A DNA stretch of 16,939 nucleotides from Candidatus Bathyarchaeia archaeon (lineage in GTDB: Archaea; Thermoproteota; Bathyarchaeia; TCS64), in assembly GCA_050014495.1 (NCBI GenBank), contig JBEKDF010000052.1, positions 1 through 16,939 of the forward strand, given 5' to 3'. Within the stretch, counting starts at the first letter, position 1; the number at the start of each line of letters is the position of its first letter. The position numbers were made by a program, and so were the translations under genes. A model generated the notes under the pieces. It was not told the DNA's origin and did not search any database. It saw only the letters and a program-made list of their open reading frames with translations. Below are positions 1-7,434 of this stretch, piece after piece.

Positions 1-18
1 GATAAGTTACCGGCGTCT

Positions 19-49
19 TCACCATAGCCTTATCCTCACTTCCACCTGA
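19..49 (+). repeat. Conserved upstream motif of the paralog array, copy 1
   Basis: TCACCATAGCCTTATCCTCACTTCCACCTGA; 28/31 identical to 1829-1859 and similar to 625-652 and 1247-1272; lies about 20 nt before the start codon. Confidence 0.8.
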
Positions 50-69
50 GTGTAATCCGTGAACTTGTA

Positions 70-621
70 ATGGTGGACATAGTTGTACTCCAGTCAGCAT
101 CATATGTGGCGGCAGCAATAGGCGTCTGCGTGGCGGCTTTCTACTACGTGATGACCTTGCGGGTTCAGCAAGCGAACATGAGGGAGGCGACGAACAGCCG
201 GAGGGCCACATTCGTCAACAACATGCTTCAGCAATCGGGTTCCGTAGAGTGGCAACAACTCGGTATGGATGTGTTTACGATGAAGTGGAGCGACTTCGAT
301 GACTTCGAGAAGAAGTATGGCTGGCCGGCAAACCCGGAACTCGCCGCGAAGAGACACGCCTATTGGGCCAGGTACGATGCCATCGGGCGTCTAGTAGTCA
401 CAGGCCTCATCAGCCTGGATAACATCGGCGCAGTCGCCGGATATAATATGGTTGCAACGTGGCTGTTCTTTAAGCCGATAATCGAGGGCTATCGGAGGAC
501 CGAGTTTCCAAAAAACGCCTACTCCGAATTTGAGTACGCCGCCAATGCGATGATGAAGAAGCTGACGGAAGACGACCCGGACTTCCCGAGGAAGGTGGCT
601 ATGTATCGTAACGAGAGGTAG
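70..621 (+). CDS. Single-TM membrane-anchored protein, DUF4760-like paralog 1
   Basis: N-terminal hydrophobic helix ending AAFYY; motifs W.DFDDFEKKYG and FEY.A shared with the two downstream paralogs. The family name is from recall, not a search. Confidence 0.75.
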   Translation: MVDIVVLQSASYVAAAIGVCVAAFYYVMTLRVQQANMREATNSRRATFVNNMLQQSGSVEWQQLGMDVFTMKWSDFDDFEKKYGWPANPELAAKRHAYWARYDAIGRLVVTGLISLDNIGAVAGYNMVATWLFFKPIIEGYRRTEFPKNAYSEFEYAANAMMKKLTEDDPDFPRKVAMYRNER

Positions 622-624
622 TCG

Positions 625-652
625 CAACAGCCTTATCCAAACTTCCACTTGA
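625..652 (+). repeat. Conserved upstream motif, copy 2
   Basis: CAACAGCCTTATCCAAACTTCCACTTGA upstream of ATG 671. Confidence 0.75.
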
Positions 653-670
653 TTCTTTACCAGTGATTAT

Positions 671-1237
671 ATGGTTGATGCGCAGACGATTGGAGTATTA
701 GTTACAGCAGTTAGCGTGACGGTGGCAGCGATTTACTACATATTCACACTGAGGATAAACAGCAGAACACAGGAACTCGCCCTCAAAGCCCAACAGCAGA
801 ACCTCGAGACGAGGCAGACCCAGCTGCTGATGGGCATATTCGACATGATGATGAAGCGGGACATAATGGACGCATACACGAACCTCATGAACTTGGAGTG
901 GGTAGACTACGATGATTGGACGAGTAAGACCAAGACTGGAACGGCGTTCCTGGATGCGAGCCTCATCTGGCGTTACATGGAGTGCGTCGGATTTATAGTT
1001 AAGTCCAAGCTGCTGGACGCTGAGAAGTACTACGGGATAAACGGGGACACCGTGATCAAGGTGTGGGACAAGTTCAGCGGCGTGATTGAGACTCAGAGGA
1101 GGCTCTACGAGATGCCTGATCGTTTCAGTGGTTTCGAGTATTTGGCGGATGAGATGAAGAGGATCAGGGAGCAGAGGGGGTTTAAGCTGGGGTACACGGA
1201 GGCGTTTAAGAGGGCGTATAATTTTCCTCCCAGGTGA
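671..1237 (+). CDS. DUF4760-like paralog 2
   Basis: MVDAQTIGVLVTAVSVTVAAIYY TM segment; EWVDYDDW, VWDKF and FEYLADEM motifs align with paralogs 1 and 3. Confidence 0.8.
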   Translation: MVDAQTIGVLVTAVSVTVAAIYYIFTLRINSRTQELALKAQQQNLETRQTQLLMGIFDMMMKRDIMDAYTNLMNLEWVDYDDWTSKTKTGTAFLDASLIWRYMECVGFIVKSKLLDAEKYYGINGDTVIKVWDKFSGVIETQRRLYEMPDRFSGFEYLADEMKRIREQRGFKLGYTEAFKRAYNFPPR

Positions 1238-1246
1238 CGGGTTCTG

Positions 1247-1272
1247 CATAGTCTTATCCTTCCATTTTCACT
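1247..1272 (+). repeat. Conserved upstream motif, copy 3 (degenerate)
   Basis: CATAGTCTTATCCTTCCATTTTCACT, followed by CAGTGATT as in copy 2, upstream of TTG 1295. Confidence 0.6.
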
Positions 1273-1294
1273 AATCCCAATCAGTGATTGTCAA

Positions 1295-1822
1295 TTGGTT
1301 GACGCACAGACGATTGGAGTATTGGTTACTGCGACAAGCGTGACGGTTGCAGCGATCTACTATGCAAGTACACTTGGCGAGGCGAGAAAAAGCAGACACA
1401 TGCAGCTCCTCCTACAAAATATAAGCATACTTCAGAACGAAGATTCGTATAAAAGATACGTCACGTTGATGAACAATGAGTGGAAGGACTACGACGACTT
1501 CGAGAAGAAGTACGGGTCAGACAACAACCCCGACAACTACGCGATGAGGAGCTCAATGTGGACTTGGTACAATAATCTGGGATACATGGTTTCCAAGAAG
1601 TTCATCAGTGCTGAGGAGGTGTTTGAGCTACAGGGGGAGGGGACTCTTTGGGCTTGGTAGAAGTGGGGTGGCGTTATCAAGGAGCTTAGGAGGCGATACA
1701 ATCAGCCGTTCCTTTACGTCTACTTCGATTACCTAGCTGATGAGTTACTAAAGATTCGTGAAGCTCGGGGTGTGAAGACGGGGATGCCAGATACCTTCCT
1801 TAGGTACATCCCAGAGAAGTGA
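1295..1822 (+). pseudogene. DUF4760-like paralog 3 interrupted by one in-frame TAG (1658-1660)
   Basis: The frame continues past TAG as KWGGVIKELRRRYNQPFLYVYFDYLADELLKIREARG...PEK to TGA 1820-1822, aligning with paralog 2 (WDKFSGVIETQRRLY...FEYLADEMKRIREQRG). Confidence 0.8.
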
Positions 1823-1828
1823 CCTCTA

Positions 1829-1859
1829 TCACCATAATCTTATCCTAACTTCCACCTGA
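1829..1859 (+). repeat. Conserved upstream motif, copy 4 (no gene follows)
   Basis: TCACCATAATCTTATCCTAACTTCCACCTGA, 28/31 identical to copy 1. Confidence 0.8.
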
Positions 1860-1987
1860 TACCTAGGTTCACACGCCTGAATGCGTGCGTGCAGATGAGC
1901 GTCTTCGTTTAACTTGTCATGAAGATACGCGCGCGCGAAACATTCTGGAGCTAGTGTCGCGCAAAATTCCAAGCTCTCAGCGCACGC

Positions 1988-2006
1988 ATTTAAGAATTTC
2001 TTAAAT
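1988..2006. promoter_or_regulatory. Palindromic operator over the TA promoter
   Basis: Perfect palindrome ATTTAAGAA-T-TTCTTAAAT about 20 nt upstream of the AbrB-type antitoxin gene. Confidence 0.55.
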
Positions 2007-2027
2007 ACCGCTATTGTTGTTATCTTA

Positions 2028-2315
2028 ATGGTGGCACCGATGGCCGAAGCGTACGTCTGCAAAGTTACCTCTGTTGGCCAGGTAACTCTCCCCAAAGAGG
2101 TGAGAGAAAAGCTCGGTGTCGCCGAAGATGACTATGTCATCATAGAAAAGATCGGTGAAACCTACTTCATAAAGAAGCTCCACGGGGAGAAGCAACTCCT
2201 CGAAAGAGTCAGGGCGAAGGTGAAGAAGAGTGGAATAACTCGGGAACGCCTCAGAGAGATCGTTGAGGAGGAGACTCAGGTTAGCTGGGAAGAAACCTCT
2301 AAGATCATTCGTTGA
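2028..2315 (+). CDS. AbrB/MazE/SpoVT-family antitoxin
   Basis: KVTSVGQVTLPKEVREKLGV is a typical AbrB motif; overlaps the downstream PIN gene. The start could be 2040. Confidence 0.85.
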   Translation: MVAPMAEAYVCKVTSVGQVTLPKEVREKLGVAEDDYVIIEKIGETYFIKKLHGEKQLLERVRAKVKKSGITRERLREIVEEETQVSWEETSKIIR

Positions 2316-2757
2316 TGCTAACATCATCGTCAGCGGTCTGCTTTTTGAAGGCAATGAGGCCACACTCCTTGAGCTTGGACGCGCAGGTGCCATCACCCTC
2401 GTCACTAATGACCACGTTTTAGCCGAGGTTCGGGCAGTACTCAGGAGAGCCGAGTTCTCCCTGACTGACCCCGAGTTCACGGGCCTGATTGGATACTTGC
2501 ATGAATGTCTCACGCTGTTAAGGGACCCAGAGAATGATGAGATCCGTTCTAACTTCAGCCTCCTAGGAGATAAGAAGGATATACCGGTTGCCTTAGGGGC
2601 GACGAATTCTGGATCCGATTACCTGGTCACAGGCGACGAGGAATTATTAGAAAAGTTGAACCCAATCTCTATAACGACGTCAAACTTGCTTAAACTCATC
2701 CTTATCAAACTTCGGCACGAAGACCCCCGGATTAATCCTGGGGACGAAGTGCCGTAA
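2263..2757 (+). CDS. PIN-domain toxin (PIN_3-like)
   Basis: FVDANIIVSG, E in VLAEV, DKKDIPV and YLVTGDEELL acidic motifs. The start is uncertain, and the last ~16 codons run through an IS-end-like hairpin. Confidence 0.85.
   Translation: MRRRLRLAGKKPLRSFVDANIIVSGLLFEGNEATLLELGRAGAITLVTNDHVLAEVRAVLRRAEFSLTDPEFTGLIGYLHECLTLLRDPENDEIRSNFSLLGDKKDIPVALGATNSGSDYLVTGDEELLEKLNPISITTSNLLKLILIKLRHEDPRINPGDEVP
2706..2754 (+). mobile_element. Orphan IS200/IS605-type left-end hairpin
   Basis: CGGCAC...CCCC-C-GGAT-TA-ATCC-T-GGGG...GTGCCG nested stem, preceded by TTAT (2702-2705). Confidence 0.5.
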
Positions 2758-2895
2758 ACTGAGATTCAACACACCTCTGAATAGCCTCACGATTCGTCTC
2801 CAAGGAAGCCCACGGCTTTAGCCGTGGGAGGAATTGGAGGTGGCTGAAAGTGGTAAACGTAGCCCAATAAATACGGATAACATCAACCAATAACC

Positions 2896-4017
2896 ATGCT
2901 TCTGACGCTGAAGGTCAAGCTAAACCCAACCGATGAGCAGAGAAAGAAACTACTCAACACGATGGAGACCTTCAACGCCGCCTGCAATAATATATCAGGA
3001 GTCGCCTACGAATCCAAGACGTTCAACAAGATTAAGCTACAGCACACAGTCTATTACCCCATAAGGGAGCAGTACAAGCTGCCAGCACAGCTAGCCATCA
3101 GGGCAATCAGTAAAGTCGTCGAAGGCTACAGGACCGAGCGTAGACGCCGACACTCGTTTGACCCGCATGGAGCCATGGTCTACGACCAGAGGATAATGAG
3201 CCTCAAGGGATTTGACAGGGTGAGTCTAGCCACAATCGAGGGTAGGGTGACCATTCCACTGCTGACTGGGGGCTACGCGAGTCTCGGCCGGCGCGTACTC
3301 AGGGGTCAGGCTGACCTGATCCTTGTAAAGAAGAAGTTCTACCTGTGCCTCGTCGCCGAGCAGCCAGAGGAGCCACCGTTTACCCCGGAGGGTATCTTCG
3401 GTGTGGATCTTGGCATCGTTAAACTTGCGTCGACGAGCGACGGTGTGTCCTACTCTGGTGAGGAGGTGGATGCGGTTCGGGAGCATTACACTGAAAAGAA
3501 AGCGGAGCTTCAGAGGGTGGGCTCCAAGAACAGTAAGAGGAAGCTGAAGAGGATAGCGGGCAGGGAGGCGAGGTTTAAGAGGTATACGAACCACGTGATC
3601 AGTAAGGAGCTTGTGGCCGTTGCTAAAGGCACGAGGAGGGCGATTGCCCTGGAGGATTTGAAAGGGATTCGTCTTCGGACTACGGTTTGGAGTGGGCAGC
3701 GGGATCGATTGGGGAAGTGGGCGTTCGGTCAGCTGCGGGCATTCATAGAGTATAAGGGGAGATTGAGTGGTGTGCCCGTGTTGATGGTTGATCCGAGGGA
3801 TACGAGTCGAAGGTGCTCGGTGTGTGGGCACGTTGAGAGGCGTAACAGGGTCAGCCAGTCGCTGTTCAGGTGCCGGGTCTGCGGGCATGAGTCTGATGCT
3901 GACTTGAATGCTGCTCGTAACATTCGGTGGAGGGCTGGAGTCAACCAGCCTATTGTGGTCTGCCGACCCGAGGGGTTGGAGGTTGAACCACAAGCCCACC
4001 TCTTTAGAGGTGGGTAG
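2896..4017 (+). CDS. tnpB: RNA-guided endonuclease TnpB
   Basis: N-terminal TLKVKLNPTDEQ; RuvC-I GVDLG, RuvC-II ALEDL, Zn finger CSVC/CRVC and RuvC-III DADLNAARNI are all intact. Confidence 0.95.
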   Translation: MLLTLKVKLNPTDEQRKKLLNTMETFNAACNNISGVAYESKTFNKIKLQHTVYYPIREQYKLPAQLAIRAISKVVEGYRTERRRRHSFDPHGAMVYDQRIMSLKGFDRVSLATIEGRVTIPLLTGGYASLGRRVLRGQADLILVKKKFYLCLVAEQPEEPPFTPEGIFGVDLGIVKLASTSDGVSYSGEEVDAVREHYTEKKAELQRVGSKNSKRKLKRIAGREARFKRYTNHVISKELVAVAKGTRRAIALEDLKGIRLRTTVWSGQRDRLGKWAFGQLRAFIEYKGRLSGVPVLMVDPRDTSRRCSVCGHVERRNRVSQSLFRCRVCGHESDADLNAARNIRWRAGVNQPIVVCRPEGLEVEPQAHLFRGG

Positions 4018-4022
4018 TTGAC
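3931..4022 (+). ncRNA. TnpB omega-RNA (reRNA) scaffold; 5' boundary approximate, guide starts about 4023
   Basis: Hairpin GGCTGG-AGTCAA-CCAGCC whose loop region (GTCAAC) complements the terminal GTTGAC; TTGTGGT/ACCACAA stem; terminal hairpin. Confidence 0.65.
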
Positions 4023-4099
4023 AACCTTGAACGCGCGCGCGATTCTTATCAATTATCAGTAACAATTGTTAGTTTAAAATGGGTTCAACATTGAATATG

Positions 4100-4139
4100 A
4101 TTAAAAATAAATCAGACATAGCCGAAAAACACACTAGAA
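4100..4139 (+). repeat. Direct repeat flanking Fic gene 1, left copy
   Basis: ATTAAAAATAAATCAGACATAGCCGAAAAACACACTAGAA, about 34/40 identical to 5280-5318. Confidence 0.75.
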
Positions 4140-5129
4140 TCATCTTACTATCTGCCCTTGCTTGATAATGCCCTCGAATAGCATAGCCCTCTCATCTATG
4201 AGAAGGTCGACAAACATTGAAACTAGAACCTCTACTCGACCATCATTCCCCTGTTTGAGCGCTTCCAAATACTTCTCCCGACCCACCCTAGTCACTATGA
4301 GCCTCGGATAACCCGCCCTAGTCAACATGTGGTTTAGCACCTCCCTACCCACCCTGCCGTTACCATCCGTAAACGGGTGAATCACCTCGAATCTGAGGTG
4401 AAACAGCACAGCCTCCTCGAAGGGGTTTCCACCCGCCTTAATCCTAGAGTAGTAGTCCCCTATGATCTCCTCCAAGTCTTCCCCTATCTGGATCGAAGGG
4501 GAAACTGCTATGTCTACTCCCCTGATCCCTATGTTGTCTATTCGCCTAAACTCCCCGGCGGATTGCAGGTCTATCTTATCCATAATGATTGAGTGCAGTT
4601 TACGTATGAACGGGATCGTCACCCTGCCACGAATGCTTCCGCGGAACTCACCGACTTTGATATAGTTTTGGACTTCGTTGATCTCCCTGAGAGACTTACC
4701 AGAAGGCACCGCCCCTCCCTGAGTCAACTCATCAACCTGCTGAACCGTCAGGGTGTTACCCTCTATCCCCGTGGTTCCAGCGATGTACTCCACCTCATAC
4801 CCAGCCTCAACCTGCTCCCACTCAACGGGGGTGAAAAACATCCTGAAGAAGCTATCCCAGTGCCTAGACTCCTCGACCCTGTGCAGCTCATCTGGGGTTA
4901 GAAAACGTGCTCCCCTTCTCTCGTCCTCGGATACCTGCTTACTCAGCACCTTATACTCCAGTTCAACGTTGGGGGTCGATACAAGTCTACGCTCCTCATC
5001 CAGTGAGGGCCTAATGTTCCCTAACTTCACCCTAATCTTAGTGACATTATCACCTAATCTCACACTCTTAACTAAGTAGAATATCTCAGAGTTTTTGAGG
5101 CGCTGAGACTCGATGCGGTACAACATCAC
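4140..5129 (-). CDS. Fic-family protein
   Basis: Canonical HPFTDGNGRVGR motif and N-terminal TTGIEGN (S/T-x3-E-G/N) motif; start at GTG 5129 or ATG 5126. Confidence 0.92.
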   Translation of the reverse strand: MMLYRIESQRLKNSEIFYLVKSVRLGDNVTKIRVKLGNIRPSLDEERRLVSTPNVELEYKVLSKQVSEDERRGARFLTPDELHRVEESRHWDSFFRMFFTPVEWEQVEAGYEVEYIAGTTGIEGNTLTVQQVDELTQGGAVPSGKSLREINEVQNYIKVGEFRGSIRGRVTIPFIRKLHSIIMDKIDLQSAGEFRRIDNIGIRGVDIAVSPSIQIGEDLEEIIGDYYSRIKAGGNPFEEAVLFHLRFEVIHPFTDGNGRVGREVLNHMLTRAGYPRLIVTRVGREKYLEALKQGNDGRVEVLVSMFVDLLIDERAMLFEGIIKQGQIVR

Positions 5130-5138
5130 GGAATAATC

Positions 5139-5178
5139 ATGACTACATATATTATAAACATTCTGGAAATGTAGTCAT
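5139..5178. promoter_or_regulatory. Inverted-repeat operator bracketing the TATA box of Fic gene 1
   Basis: ATGACTACAT-N20-ATGTAGTCAT perfect 10-bp IR; the spacer contains TTTATAATAT on the minus strand. Confidence 0.65.
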
Positions 5179-5279
5179 CACTCACATGCGTTCGCTTTTA
5201 ATCGCGCACGCGACTTTTCCTCATATTTAGTACAAAAGAAACAATTTATTTATAAAATATATAATGCGCTCGCGCATTA

Positions 5280-5318
5280 ATTAAAAATAATTCAGATCTA
5301 GTCGAAAAAGCACTAGAA
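5280..5318 (+). repeat. Direct repeat flanking Fic gene 1, right copy
   Basis: ATTAAAAATAATTCAGATCTAGTCGAAAAAGCACTAGAA. Confidence 0.75.
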
Positions 5319-5436
5319 CCGAAATTTATAGTCAAACAATTGAAACTTTAATGAATGCAAGTTCCCAAAAACTATAACCATTAGTTAGAATCAATAGTTC
5401 CAAACACTTAAAATGAATATAATGAAGTAGTATCGC

Positions 5437-5604
5437 ATGGCCAAATCCAAACTAACTAAGCAGAAGACCATGAAATGCGCATGCTGCAACGAACCACTAA
5501 CGACCTTCATGGCCTACATACCGGACCAGGGGGAGGTCTGCCTCAAATGCTTCGCCGAATACGCGCAGGCCGAAGAGAATCTGCAAGTGGCGAAGTCGAA
5601 GTAG
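5437..5604 (+). CDS. Small Zn-finger protein, 55 aa (not in the ORF track)
   Basis: MAKSKLTKQKTMKCACCNEPLTTFMAYIPDQGEVCLKCFAEYAQAEENLQVAKSK*; two CxxC pairs; AT-rich TATA-like sequence about 25 nt upstream. Confidence 0.7.
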   Translation: MAKSKLTKQKTMKCACCNEPLTTFMAYIPDQGEVCLKCFAEYAQAEENLQVAKSK

Positions 5605-5760
5605 CAAATAGCCAAAAAGGTTGACGATAGCAAGTGGAGCTAATTCATCGCATCAATTAGGCTAAGAAGTCAATTGAGTTGAAAATTATCGTTCACCTCG
5701 GCCAGGTCAAAGACACCTTCCCTACGTGAGGTGCCGCTATACCAACTACCCCTTAGGTGT

Positions 5761-6702
5761 TCAACTAAGACTGACCCTCATTCGGGTCTCAGAGGACTCC
5801 AATGCCGCCTCACACACCCTCAACGCATTCAAGCCATCCAAACCAGTGATCTCCGGCTCAGCGTCATCAGATGAACGCTGAACGAAGCTCCTCAACTCCT
5901 CCATAAGCGGCTCCTTATACGGGAGATAGGGCTGAATCATCATCTCATCGTTATCTACGGTTATCTGCTGCGTCGTGTACTCTACGTTGATTATACCCTC
6001 CGTCCCCGTCACAGTGAGTGTCCTCACCCTCCTGGGCGTCAACCAATTTGTCTCAACGAAGGCGTTTCTATCATCAGCGTACAGCATATTGATGTTCGCG
6101 TAGTCCTCGTACCTGTGCTTTATCTTGCCAGCAACCGCCGAAACCGACTCCGGCATCACGCCTAGCAGATGATTAATAATATCAATGTCGTGGATGGCGA
6201 GGTCCTTCACCACACCAACGTCCCCAATCCTACCCGGGCTACGGCTGACCCTCCTGGAGTGAGCCAGGATGACGTCACCGATCCTGCCCTCCCCAACCTG
6301 CTTGTACACCTCTATCACGGCTGGGTTGAACCTCTCCACGAATCCCACAGTCAGATGCTGGTGATGCTTCTCGGCGGCCCTGATCAAAGCCCGCGCCTCA
6401 TCGACGCTGTTGGCCATCGGCTTCTCCACCAGAACATCCTTGCCCTCCTCCAGAGCCCTCAAACCAAGATCAGCGTGCGTGATCGTCGGGGTGCAGATCG
6501 AAATCAGCTGAATATCCGGGTCAGTCACGACCTTGTCGGGGTCAGCGTAATAGGGGACCCTATACATCTCACCGATCTCCCTAGCGACAGCCGGGTTGAG
6601 ATCAGCCACTCCCCCCAACTCGGCAATCGGCAGCTGCTTATAGACCCTGGCGTGGTTTCTACCCCAGGAACCACACCCAATGACCCCTACCTTAATCGAC
6701 AT
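5761..6702 (-). CDS. Gfo/Idh/MocA NAD(P)-dependent oxidoreductase (possibly a UDP-sugar 3-dehydrogenase)
   Basis: VGVIGCGSWG Rossmann motif, VLVEKP, GFVERFNP, DLAIHDID. Confidence 0.9.
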   Translation of the reverse strand: MSIKVGVIGCGSWGRNHARVYKQLPIAELGGVADLNPAVAREIGEMYRVPYYADPDKVVTDPDIQLISICTPTITHADLGLRALEEGKDVLVEKPMANSVDEARALIRAAEKHHQHLTVGFVERFNPAVIEVYKQVGEGRIGDVILAHSRRVSRSPGRIGDVGVVKDLAIHDIDIINHLLGVMPESVSAVAGKIKHRYEDYANINMLYADDRNAFVETNWLTPRRVRTLTVTGTEGIINVEYTTQQITVDNDEMMIQPYLPYKEPLMEELRSFVQRSSDDAEPEITGLDGLNALRVCEAALESSETRMRVSLS

Positions 6703-6896
6703 CCCTAAAGAATCAGCTCCAAGTATTATTTAAAAAAGCGAGTGCCCCAAATCGAGATTATCAACCATACTAAATTAGGCAACTTCTAAGCTGATAGAAG
6801 GCCTCGGCGCGTGCGAACTATGACAATTTTAGCATATTTTTGTTAATCAATGGGATATATAAACCACGAATCCAGTCGCATCTATTAGTGACTAGA

Positions 6897-7277
6897 ATGG
6901 AAATGGAAGATAAGGAGAAAAAAATCGGCTTCATAATCACCGCGCTCGAGGAGCACATACCGATGCTCATACACAAGATCGTCGACGAGTTCTACTCACC
7001 CGAGTCAGCGGGCAAGATCGGGAAGGGCCTAGCGGAGTTCTACAAGGCCCTCCGCGATGGCGGCGTGCCTGAGGGACCCGCCTTGGAGATGGTGCAGAGC
7101 TACGCCTCAAACCTGACCTTCAAGGGCATGGGACAGATGTTCCCCCATATGCCCCCCATGGGTGGGATGATGGGTATGAGGCCGATGATGGGCATGCGGC
7201 CGATGATGATGAAGCACATGAAGAAGATGTGGCACGAGGGCAAAGACGAGGAACCAGAGGAAGAAGCAGAGCCCTGA
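6897..7277 (+). CDS. Hypothetical helical protein with Met-rich and acidic C-terminal tail
   Basis: ATG 6897 follows a TATATAAA box at about 6856, so it is preferred over the track's TTG 6840; tail MPPMGGMMGMRPMMGMRPMMMKHMKKMWH. Confidence 0.75.
   Translation: MEMEDKEKKIGFIITALEEHIPMLIHKIVDEFYSPESAGKIGKGLAEFYKALRDGGVPEGPALEMVQSYASNLTFKGMGQMFPHMPPMGGMMGMRPMMGMRPMMMKHMKKMWHEGKDEEPEEEAEP
7167..7208 (+). repeat. 18-bp coding tandem repeat (MMGMRP)
   Basis: ATGATGGGTATGAGGCCG ATGATGGGCATGCGGCCG ATGATG. Confidence 0.75.
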
Positions 7278-7434
7278 CCGTTCTAACCCCAATCCAAATA
7301 ATTATTTCAAACCAGCTAAATTTTGTCAAACCAATGGCCGGTGCGCCTGCAGGACAAGTAGCAATTGAGTTTTCGCACTAATAAGACAATGAAAGCATCC
7401 TTACCCACGCGCGCGCGATAACACGTGCATAGTG

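Larger units (their letters stand above)
2791..4022 (+). mobile_element. tnpB-only (IS1341-type) IS200/IS605 element
   Basis: Left hairpin GAAG-CCCACGGC-TTTA-GCCGTGGG (2805-2828) downstream of TCAC (2787-2790); right hairpin CAAG-CCCACCTC-TTTA-GAGGTGGG (3991-4014) followed by TGAC (4019-4022); no tnpA in the window. Confidence 0.8.

Noticed and set aside
19..1859. CRISPR array formed by the four ~30-bp motifs
   Set aside because: The spacers are ~600-bp genes, the repeats are degenerate and no cas genes are present.
2896..4017. Cas12f or a nuclease-dead TnpB regulator
   Set aside because: No CRISPR array, IS ends are present and all three RuvC acidic residues are intact.
3226..4065. 279-aa antisense ORF over tnpB, and similar antisense ORFs over other genes
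   Set aside because: Fully overlaps well-supported genes and shows no recognisable motifs.
5690..5760. Possible tRNA fragment or structured RNA (CACCTC...GAGGTG)
   Set aside because: No cloverleaf or T-loop consensus; only a 6-bp stem.
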